A DNA stretch of 63,768 bases, the filler included, from Licmophora abbreviata (Eukaryota), in assembly GCA_900291995.1 (NCBI GenBank). It is 7 parts of 7 records of this genome, joined end to end, with 100 filler letters (N's around TTAATTAATTAA, not from the genome) between each part and the next. Parts side by side here need not be neighbours in the genome. Positions count along the whole stretch, not along the records: positions 25,026 to 40,252 come from OLMU01004939.1; positions 40,353 to 45,089 come from OLMU01004944.1; positions 45,190 to 56,299 come from OLMU01004945.1; 4 more parts are not named here. One strand, 5' to 3'. The position numbers and the translations under genes are program-made. The notes below the pieces were generated by a model, which searched no databases, was not told the origin of the DNA, and was given only the letters and a program-made list of their open reading frames with translations. Positions 37,501 through 46,675 of this stretch are shown here, piece after piece. Numbering within the stretch: the first letter of the stretch is position 1; each line of letters begins with the position of its first letter.

Positions 37501-39877
37501 TTGCTGCTACTGTACGACATAATCGTCGCAGCATCCATGTATGAGTCGATGCTAATGTCCAGTTCATCGATATCTGCTACTTGCCCTTTCGGAATCGTCC
37601 TTCGTGTATCTTCCCGTTCTGACTCTTCGTATTCTCCGACTGTTCCTAGTGTGACGGGGCGAAGCAGTTCCTTTTCGATTTTACCAGCAATCTTGTCACC
37701 ATCCTGGTGTTTGTCAGGCGCCCCAGTATGTACCGCAGATTCGTCGACGGCTGACACAGCGTCGACTCCAGCGCCTCCGGATGCTACAATGGGCGCTGCT
37801 ATTGGCTCTCTGGGTCGATTCAAGGGAGCCGCCCGAGTTCCGGATAGAGCTAACTCCTGCATTTCAGGGGCGTTGTCTTCCTCTAGGGCCGCAAAACCCG
37901 TTGGATTCGATCCTGGAAGAGGAATACCAAAGAAGTGGTTACGCTTGGGGGACAAGGTAGACAGTGCGTCGCCATCGTCGTCAAGCTGACTTCTGCGGGG
38001 GGAATATGGCGACGAGGGGTCAGAAGAGGGCTTGCTCTCACGCAGAGACGAAAAACCTTGCGTGCGCGGTGAACGCAGCTTCGTCAACGGAGAAGCGTTT
38101 GCAGCGTTTGTCACGGTTCTAGTCCTTGTGGGGGGCGTCACACGCCTCGCAGACTGAGCTCCTTCCTCGGGAAGATCCTTCCGAACGGCGTCGTAGTAAT
38201 TAACACCGGTATCCTCAAAGGTCCCTTGCGTGCTCACATCGCCTTCTTCGTCATCTCCGGCCACATCTTCAGCCACTGCAGCGCGATTCACTTGGAACGG
38301 CACTGAATGTCCTTCAGGCTGGGAAAGGAGCGCCTCCAACGAATCTTCCGATGGCCCTAAGCCCAAAGAAGAAGCGCCGTTGTCAAGAGTTGCGTCTATT
38401 CCAGCAGGCGAAGATTCCATTTCGCTTCTAACTTTCTCTGGAGTCTTATAAGGTACAGGAGGGCCGGAAGAATCAGCGGATGCAACTATTGCCGCTGTAG
38501 TACCGACCGCTGCAGCCGTGCTGGCGGCTGCAATCGCCACGTTCCGGCCCCTATTGTCAACCGACTTGGACCTTTGGCCTGATCCCCCACCCGCGACCGC
38601 AGCAGCACTGCGTGGGCTTCGTCCGTCCTGGCTTCGACTGCGTTCCTTGTTCTTACTTCGCTTCCAAAACGAGAAGCGAGACATGCGACCGTCGGGTGTC
38701 TTGGATGCCATGTGCGCCTTTTTGGCCTCTTCTCGTTCATTTAAAACGCGACGCAAGCTCTCCGTCGGCGTCACACCACTATTGATAAGTTTCAAAAATT
38801 TGCGCTTCTCCGTCGGACTGAGATTGTTGTAGAGGTCGTTGACATCCGCGCCTTCTCCCAGAGCATGCTCCTGACTCTCGGGTACGGTTCTCGGTTGATC
38901 GCGTTTGCTTGTGACGCCTTCCTTCTTTTCAAAGTCTTCTTTGGCCTTGCGAGCCATTGCGGCCAGATAGGCATTCTTCTTCGTCGGCGACCACGCCATG
39001 GCCGCAGCGTCACCCGACTTGGGCGATCCGGGGTTGCCAACATACTCCACTTCAATTGCAGTCTGTTCCTCGGCGTGTTTCTCTTCTTCTTCATCATCCT
39101 CTTCATCACCATCATCATGAGGATGAATCTTGACCTTGCGTGGCGACTCGTCGCCAGTTCCACAAAGATTGTGAAGAGACGCCAACGTGTATTGAAAACA
39201 GTCCGCGTCCATGTCATCCGATTCGCCCAGTTCAATCTCGCCCACGGCAACTTCGTCTCTTTGACGAGGCGCATTTGCCGCCTCGCGATAACGATTGGCG
39301 CCACGACGATCCTCCATTTCGTCGTCGGGTCCCTCTTCGTCATAATCTTCATATCGATTTCGATATATCCGACCACCACCACTAGTAGTAGCAGTACCGG
39401 TCTGATATCTGGACTGGGCGGATCCAACTGACTCCAGAACTGCTGTTTCTTTTGCCACGTCCCGGGTGCCTCAAGGTCGCGGCGCTGTGATTGACTTCGA
39501 GTCGGTTCGGCCATGCCGGCCTTGCTGGGCGTTTTGAGAGGACGCGTCGTCTTTTGTCCCGCGTCCAACAGCAAGACGTTTTTCTTATCCGATTTGGGGC
39601 TCTTACGAAGAGAAGGTAAATCTCCATCTTCCAATTCTTCTTCGTCCTCTTCGGCCCAGCCACAATTCATGGTTCCCGCCACCATGGAAACCAAGATATT
39701 TTCGGAAGCCTTGTTGACAGGCGCTGAAGTCGTCGAAGTAGGAGGTTCGTCCCAGGGTTCTATTTCGTCTTCGTGGTCGGATACCGTTCGTTTTGAGGTG
39801 AGGCTCGTAGTCGGAGATGGATCTCTTCCCTCATCGCGACGGTTTCGTCGAGACGGGATTGCCGTCGCTCCCGTCAT
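34527..39877 (-). CDS. Very large (about 1780 aa) low-complexity/disordered hypothetical protein, with an apparent 1-nt frameshift near 39462
   Basis: A 1643-aa ORF plus an upstream ATG-initiated ORF (39877) that join if one G is added in CCCGGG-AC. Ser/Glu/Arg-rich; no recognisable catalytic domain. Confidence 0.7.
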
Positions 39878-40252
39878 AGCTCAATTTTTGTTTTTTGACG
39901 GGGACGCGGGATTGCCGCGAAGGAATTTTCAAAGGACGCTGGCGTGTCGTTCTCCAAAGCTGGAATCAGTTCTCCAACGCTTCCGATGCACTCTCCTATT
40001 CAATTCAAGTCTCAGAAAGAGTAAATAATCGAAGAAGAGGAAGACAATGGGACCAAGTTTTGGAAGTAAGGGCCGGTCGCGACGCTTGCGCTTGTTGTCG
40101 TGATGGAGTGGAACAGAACTGACTATTAGACTACCTATACCGCGGTCCAGGTACGCACGGCGCGCCAAAACGAGGGCGCGCCCCGAATTTTAGAATATAA
40201 CTATACAGACTTGAGGCATACATTTTATGAAGATTACATATATCCAAGTATT

Positions 40253-40352
40253 NNNNNNNNNNNNNNNNNNNNNNNNNNNNNNNNNNNNNNNNNNNNTTAA
40301 TTAATTAANNNNNNNNNNNNNNNNNNNNNNNNNNNNNNNNNNNNNNNNNNNN
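40253..40352. other. Artificial spacer (scaffold gap)
   Basis: N44-TTAATTAATTAA-N44. Confidence 0.97.
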
Positions 40353-40353
40353 A

Positions 40354-40875
40354 TACCATGATGCATCAGAAGTGGCGAAACCACAATATCAGTCGGTGAT
40401 TTGGCCATTGACTGTCGAACAGCGACGAGTCGCATTGGATGAGTTGGAAAAGGCTACTGAAGCCTACCAGAAGCAGGGAATGGATGCACCGGCGACACTA
40501 GTCACCAATGTACCAGCGGACGACGCGAAATATGTGGACCGTGCCTTCACGATTGCCGAGAGTATTCATCAAAACTTTTGGACCAAACTCCGTTTGAAAG
40601 TGGCGGTGCTGGCATGTGCGACGCTGCTTGCTTTCCTATCCGATGTACCGCACGTCGTTTCCAATGTCAGCGTCAAGCTTGTCTCGCTGTGGGTAATTTG
40701 GGAGGTGAGTTGTACAAGGTTCGGTTCGGCTCGTTCTGTGGATACGGTTCACCAAGCGCGCACTTCTGTTCCTAATTTTTTCTCCGTCGTTATGAAGGTT
40801 GTCGAAATTGCCTTGGCGGGAGCCAAATCATTTGGTGCGAGTTCGTTTGACAGCAACGAGAACGAGACCTTGTAG
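40354..40875 (+). CDS. 3' part of a MsrA (peptide methionine sulfoxide reductase)-like protein with C-terminal TM helices; 5' end lost in the gap
   Basis: YHDASEVAKPQYQSVIW..EQRRVA and FTIAESIHQNFW resemble MsrA HDPT..QYRS and AEEYHQ. Probable in-frame intron 40705-40797. Confidence 0.55.
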   Translation, partial: YHDASEVAKPQYQSVIWPLTVEQRRVALDELEKATEAYQKQGMDAPATLVTNVPADDAKYVDRAFTIAESIHQNFWTKLRLKVAVLACATLLAFLSDVPHVVSNVSVKLVSLWVIWEVSCTRFGSARSVDTVHQARTSVPNFFSVVMKVVEIALAGAKSFGASSFDSNENETL

Positions 40876-40964
40876 ATGAAAGCGACTACTAGCATACCGC
40901 CCAGCTAGATGTATGCGAAACTGTAATATAATATACTAGATGGAGACGTGGACTGGGGATGTCT

Positions 40965-41282
40965 CTATGGATGTGGGCAAGATCTCGACCCTTGCCAAAT
41001 TGCCTGTCCGCACTCACGAGGCCATGTGACGAGTTTTTCAAGAAAGTTACTGAGACTTGAAAAGCATCCAAAGCACGCTTCGAAGGGCTTTTATGAATAG
41101 AAGGACATATGAGCAGTGAGCAAGCAGAAAAAATTGAATCAGGCTGATGTGCTGTCCCATAGGGTCCATCATACCTGCAAGACAACCCACAAAATCGCGC
41201 CGACTGCGGCAACCGGCCATGCAACAAACGCGAGCACAAGGAGCCAACAAACGCTCCTGCAGATTCTCTCGGCATCTCCCAT
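40965..41282 (-). CDS. 76-aa Cys-rich small membrane protein (not in the ORF track)
   Basis: Exon 1 (41282-41175) MGDAERICRSVCWLLVLAFVAWPVAAVGAILWVVLQ. Intron 41174-41088 (GTATGA..AAG). Exon 2 PFEACFGCFSSLSNFLEKLVTWPRECGQAIWQGSRSCPHP*. Confidence 0.75.
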
Positions 41283-41831
41283 GGTCGGCAGCGTTGCAAG
41301 CGGTTCAGAGAATTGAAGAACGGCGACGAGGATCGCTGAGGCACCAAGGATAGACTAACATCAGCGATAGTCGAGCTTTTTGTGGGTGCAAGGATTGATT
41401 CCATTCAAGAATTGGTCCGGACGCACAGCAAGACCGCCATTTTTGTCGAGTCGAGTCAGTCGAGTCGTGTCTGCCTCAACGCATTCATTCACACATTCAA
41501 CATGCACGAGGAGTATCGATTAGGCATGCTATGTATGCTAGCTCGCCCGACACGCCGGCCAACACCGTGGTGAGTTTGCGCGCGAAAGCTTTTGCGTTCC
41601 CGGATCTTAAATCTGTCCCGAATGTTGCGTCGATATTCTTTGGGCGACGGCGAGTCTTTCTTGATCGTGTTCTGGACTGTTGTTGTGACAGGCGTGTCGC
41701 ATTCTTCTCCTTGTGAAGTCTTCTGGACGCGTATTGAGTAGCTGAAGAGGTAGAGCTCTGGTAGAGAAGCCGACGATCCATCAGAACGACCAAAAGAAGA
41801 ACAAATTCTCTCGTGCGTTGGCTGATTCAGA

Positions 41832-44165
41832 ATGACAGACTCGTGCAGCGTGGTTTCCTCTCTGTCGCAGCCCAGCAATATCGAAGTGACAGATGACGAC
41901 TATGTGCGCTCATCGGTCGATTCGTCCAAGCCGAAACACACCTTTCGACTCCCCAAAATGCTCAAGTCTAAAAAGAAACGCGCCCACGAACCGTCAGTGC
42001 CATCACTCCCACCGCTCCGTGCGGCGGAGACTACACGATCGACTCTGCTAGCCGGTACTGGTACGGACGACGAACATCTTACGTCGCAAGACGCGAGTTC
42101 GGAAGTCCAGTCGCTCAGCGACGTGCAGTCACTCGCCAATTCATTGGCGCAACAGACCATCAGTAGTCTTGAGACTCAGAAAGTATCGAATCGACAGGTC
42201 AAGCCGGACACCAGAAAGCAAGGAACCAATCCGCAGCCCTTCAAGCAAAAGAATCCTTGGAACAAGCTCAAGAAAATTATGGGCGTCGCGGCGCATTCAA
42301 AAACTCAAAGTCCCAAACGATTAGCGCGAACACAGTCGACCCCTGCCACCTCCGCCGGAAGTCCAAAACGAGGAGGGCCTTTTCGGCGACGCGTCTCTAG
42401 TGAAGATCGGAGTGCCACCGCAATAGTGCTAGACGAGCAGCAGTTACTAGACGATGCCATTCGAGGCCGACTTGACGGAATTGATGTCTTATCTCTGGGG
42501 CCAGCGCGATTCCGATCGAGTCAAGGTAACGACACCCCCTCGTCCGAATTTCCCACACTCTCAGCGGCCGACATGGTGCAAAATATGATACACACATCAG
42601 GGGGACGAGACCCGCCCGAAGTCATACTCGATGGTTTTATGCCCGATCGCGATGATCGATGGACTGTCCGTGTGGAATCGTATCCTCGCAAACGGGAACC
42701 TATTTATGCCAGTGAAAGTATTCCTTCGTTGCAGAGTACGTCTACGGACGACGACGAGCCGTCCTCGCATTCGCTTTGCGACGACATGCCGTCCATGCCC
42801 ATTCACGAATTGCTCGAGTCCTTGTGGGGATCTCAAGACTCGGCCCCGCCGACACATGCGACACGGGCTTTCACCAGCGATGACTTGGGACACTCCCGAG
42901 AAAGTGTCGACGGTGGAGTGTCGCCACGCGATGATGTCGTTAAACTTGCGGCTCAGTGCAGCGTACCGATTGATGTGGATGACGACACATTCATAATTGA
43001 TTCAGCAGCACACTTGCAGGCAGTCCATGATATTGCTGCAGCATGTCTACAGTCTGGAAAGTTTGACGAGGCGTTGGAAGTCTTTCACAGAATTCTCGGT
43101 GGACTGGAGAGCAGGCATGAGGGAGAACCGCATTATTTGATTGGAACGACACGGCACAATATTGGTGTCGTCTTGTCGTGGCAAGGCAATTGGGAGGAAG
43201 CATCCGAGTACTTTCAAACTGCTGTGGTCATACGGACAGATGCGCTTCCTGCCAACCATGTCGATGTGTCGGTGTCGTTGTTTCGAGAGGCAATGGCAGC
43301 TCTCGCGCAGGATCGGTTGCAGGATGCGGCATTGTCACTGGATCACGCCTGGCAAATGCATCCTGAGCACAGCTCGACCCGAGCCAAGCTCCTTAACAAT
43401 GTCGGTGTCGTGCACTATCAGCGACAGAACTTTGCTCAAGCCCTGAAGGCTTTTACGGGGGCGTTGGAGATTCAACGAGCGTGGTTAGACAAGAAGATGC
43501 GACGCGAAACGACAGTGTATGATGCTGCGGTGACGCTTGGCAACATGGGCAAGCTTTACTCGGACCAGAAAGATTACACACTTGCCCGCTTGGCGTATGA
43601 GGAGGCGCTTTTGGTACGTGCCACATCAATCAGGAGACTGGGAAGAGCAGTTCGTTTCGTGCACCGAACGTGTCCGGCTGACGCTTGTTTTTGTTTTGAC
43701 TTGCAGCTTCAAACCATGGTGTTTCGCAAGGATCATGATCTTGTATTAATGACTCTCGGAAGTCTCGCGTACACAACAGAGAAGGAGGGCAAGTACAAAA
43801 AGGCACTCCAGGTACGTACTTGTTTGATGCTTTGGACGACGGGTGTGCCACCACTGTCACGTCTTTTCTTGTCGCTGACATTCCACGATGTGTTTCAATG
43901 CAATCCCCAGATGTACGGAGGCATACTGCGGTCGCAGGAATCGCGGTTTGGTCCTAACAGTCGACAATGCATGGAAACGAATGGCTTGATGGCGGGTGTT
44001 TTTGTCAAGCAGCAGAACTATGACGACGCGTTGAAGCTCTTGAACAAAGTGTACAAGTGGCAAAAGGCAAAGCTGCCGTCTACTCATCCTTCGATTAGTC
44101 ACACAGAGGATACCATCAAGAAGATTGCGCAGAATCTAGATGGTGATGTCACCGTGTGGGTCTAA
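41832..44165 (+). CDS. TPR-repeat protein (kinesin-light-chain/nephrocystin-3-like TPRs) with disordered N-terminus
   Basis: TRHNIGVV, LLNNVGVVHY and TLGNMGKLY TPR units. Two probable in-frame introns near 43614 and 43812. Confidence 0.8.
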   Translation: MTDSCSVVSSLSQPSNIEVTDDDYVRSSVDSSKPKHTFRLPKMLKSKKKRAHEPSVPSLPPLRAAETTRSTLLAGTGTDDEHLTSQDASSEVQSLSDVQSLANSLAQQTISSLETQKVSNRQVKPDTRKQGTNPQPFKQKNPWNKLKKIMGVAAHSKTQSPKRLARTQSTPATSAGSPKRGGPFRRRVSSEDRSATAIVLDEQQLLDDAIRGRLDGIDVLSLGPARFRSSQGNDTPSSEFPTLSAADMVQNMIHTSGGRDPPEVILDGFMPDRDDRWTVRVESYPRKREPIYASESIPSLQSTSTDDDEPSSHSLCDDMPSMPIHELLESLWGSQDSAPPTHATRAFTSDDLGHSRESVDGGVSPRDDVVKLAAQCSVPIDVDDDTFIIDSAAHLQAVHDIAAACLQSGKFDEALEVFHRILGGLESRHEGEPHYLIGTTRHNIGVVLSWQGNWEEASEYFQTAVVIRTDALPANHVDVSVSLFREAMAALAQDRLQDAALSLDHAWQMHPEHSSTRAKLLNNVGVVHYQRQNFAQALKAFTGALEIQRAWLDKKMRRETTVYDAAVTLGNMGKLYSDQKDYTLARLAYEEALLVRATSIRRLGRAVRFVHRTCPADACFCFDLQLQTMVFRKDHDLVLMTLGSLAYTTEKEGKYKKALQVRTCLMLWTTGVPPLSRLFLSLTFHDVFQCNPQMYGGILRSQESRFGPNSRQCMETNGLMAGVFVKQQNYDDALKLLNKVYKWQKAKLPSTHPSISHTEDTIKKIAQNLDGDVTVWV

Positions 44166-44263
44166 GGGGAGGCTCCATTGCTGTGCTTGCAACTGACTGC
44201 TATCGCTAGCTGTAATTTAAAATTTTTTATTAGCATGACTGGTACCAGTATGTGCTACCTTCG

Positions 44264-45468
44264 TTACCGCCGCTTCTTGGAGCTTCTCGCGAAGGATCGT
44301 TTTCGAGTGACTCTTGCACCACCATCACTCTCACCTGCCTTCCGCCCTCCATGCTCCAACCGCGGGGTCAGATCCTTGGCAAATCGCACGAGTCGCTCTT
44401 GCTCCTCTTGGGTCGCTTCTCCACTCCCCGCAGAGCGAACTCGACCATTGCCGTCGAGTAGGTAGACGTACCCTGTAAGCGTATTGTGCATGCGCAAAGC
44501 ATCGCGGAAGCTCAACGCGTCCCCAAAGTACAGTAGCGTCCTGTCATGCTGTTCTTGTGGAGTGTTAGATAAGACGCTCCGTGTCAAGAGTCCCTTAAGC
44601 CAATACGTCGTCAGAGCACCTCCTTCGGTAATGCCGAGTCGAATCACTTCAGCGCGACCTCCTGCATCCGAAAAGGCTCGTTCAAAGGGTTCCGTCCACG
44701 ATGGGAGCAACTGGTGTCCGAATTCTTTAAAAGATATCGCCACCAGAGTACATTGAGCTGTCTCGTCCTTGGCGCCTGCGAATAGGTATCAAGCTATGCT
44801 GAGTACGAAGAGTCCAACACCTCAACCACTACCACTGTCTATCCCGGTACTTACGATTCTTGCGCAGAAAAAAGTTTGGAACATTCACCTTGTCCCCACC
44901 AGTGTCACTGAGTAGTGTCAGACCACTCAGTGTAGGAAAGATAGTTGCATCACTGCCAGGAATTAGCGCGTCATTACTCAAAATAGGCTTGTTTTCTGTA
45001 GTTCTGAGATCCTTCATCATCCAAAAATGTCCAAGCTCTCGTTCGACTCGGACCAATCGAGACTCTTTGGTGACTGGGTTAATCTTTTGNNNNNNNNNNN
45101 NNNNNNNNNNNNNNNNNNNNNNNNNNNNNNNNNTTAATTAATTAANNNNNNNNNNNNNNNNNNNNNNNNNNNNNNNNNNNNNNNNNNNNAACTACATTTC
45201 CGGGTAGTATGTCCTTCCCGGCACTCTCTGGGCTCATGTGAATGCCGGAAATGCGAGAAGAAGATGACGAGTCTGACAGTGGGGTGTCGTTCGCCGACGA
45301 AAAGAAGGATGCGGTTCGTGTGGACGGAGGAAATGGCGGAGTCAGAGCGCGACCAGCCGACGCACTACTGCGTATCAAAAGAGATCCATAGAAACGTCGT
45401 GAGGGCACGAGACTTGACACAGTGGCTGTGGAACGGGCCGCAACGACCGCTCTTCTCATCGCCATCAT
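44264..45468 (-). CDS. ATP10: Mitochondrial ATP synthase assembly factor ATP10; spans a scaffold gap
   Basis: Mitochondrial presequence on the right of the gap. SWTEPF, NTLTGYVYLLDGNGRVRSAGSGEATQEE on the left. One intron near 44780-44850. Confidence 0.85.
45090..45189. other. Artificial spacer (scaffold gap)
   Basis: N44-TTAATTAATTAA-N44. Confidence 0.97.
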
Positions 45469-45470
45469 GG

Positions 45471-45498
45471 TGTGTGTGTGTGTGTGTGTGTGTGTGTG
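45471..45498. repeat. (TG)14 microsatellite directly upstream of the ATP10 start codon
   Basis: Read directly from the sequence. Confidence 0.95.
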
Positions 45499-45702
45499 GA
45501 TAGTCATCGCCGTTCATTTTTTGTGTGAAGTTGCGCGCTTCACGAGCTCCCTAACTTTTGGTGTCCGCGCGGGAAAGTCAGTCAGTCAGTCGGTCATACA
45601 CTATTCTCTTCACTTGCGAAGTACTTGTACCAGGTAGACTACCAAGGTGCAAGTACAAGTGGTGGCGTGGTAAAGACTAGTGTAGCGGGACAATAAACCA
45701 CC

Positions 45703-46323
45703 ATGGTGACTAAAAACAAGCCCACATCGGCGCTTCACAAGCACAGCGCCGAGACCACCGACACCACAGAGAGTGTTATTTCGAAGACGTATGAGGACGA
45801 GGTTGTGATCATTGATGGAAAGAAATATCGCAAACGAAGAGATCATGGAGAGGGGGTGGGCGACATGCTTGCGTTTGGTGCGAAAGAGAGCAGGGGCAAA
45901 CCGAAGACGTGGTGGGAGATTCTCTGGGGACCGTTGGCTCTAGCCCTTCTTTTTGCTGTTACTCTCATCATGTTTCATCATGCGCTACCATACATGTCCA
46001 AACGATCGGATTTCAAGCTCCCTCAACACAAGGACCGTGACGAACAGTGGCCCTCTACAACGACGTATCAGCAGCCTCCTTCCACGAAGGAGGCACCGCG
46101 TGTGCCGAGGACTTCGGCCGAAACTAGTAATGAAGACAGTCATCCTAAGGCACAGACGATTACTAGGAATGAGCCAGTGCCGTTGGAGGATAGTGCTTTA
46201 GACAATGAGGAAGCCGAGAGTCCGAATGAGCCGCAGGTTCCCATGTCCGTTGAGCAGCAAGACGAGCAGCCAGTGGTCGAAGATGTCACCAAGAATGAGC
46301 CAGTACCGGGGGAAGAGCTTTAA
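45703..46323 (+). CDS. Hypothetical single-pass membrane protein with acidic C-terminus
   Basis: ACC-ATG start, 206-aa ORF, one hydrophobic helix (WWEILWGPLALALLFAVTLIMF), three NEP(V/Q) units. Confidence 0.7.
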   Translation: MVTKNKPTSALHKHSAETTDTTESVISKTYEDEVVIIDGKKYRKRRDHGEGVGDMLAFGAKESRGKPKTWWEILWGPLALALLFAVTLIMFHHALPYMSKRSDFKLPQHKDRDEQWPSTTTYQQPPSTKEAPRVPRTSAETSNEDSHPKAQTITRNEPVPLEDSALDNEEAESPNEPQVPMSVEQQDEQPVVEDVTKNEPVPGEEL

Positions 46324-46675
46324 TGCCAAAGCCTGCTAGACATGGTCGCGAGAGGGGCACTTGTCGGATAGCGTGAGTACCGGTATGTTGTGTTGTACCC
46401 TCTGCGTGCACCCTCGTCTTGTATGCTGTTATGTGGTTACTGGGAGAAACAAGGGAAGATCTTGGTCAATCGTGGTAATTAATGGCTCCTATGCGTTTAG
46501 CTTTGGTTCTCTCCCCTTTTATTTGTTCGCTCGCTAGTCCGACGGTTCTTGGAGCACCATTCAGAATCTAACTGCTACTATATACACAATGCGCGATGGC
46601 CGCCGTGGCCTCTTTCAATCAATCTTTCGTTTGCTTCATAATATTCGAATAGCTCACTCACGTACATGCTCATTT

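Noticed and set aside
7230..39465. Programmed ribosomal frameshifting in TSR1 or the giant protein
   Set aside because: There is no slippery heptamer or downstream structure. Both are fixed by one base in a short homopolymer, consistent with sequencing error.
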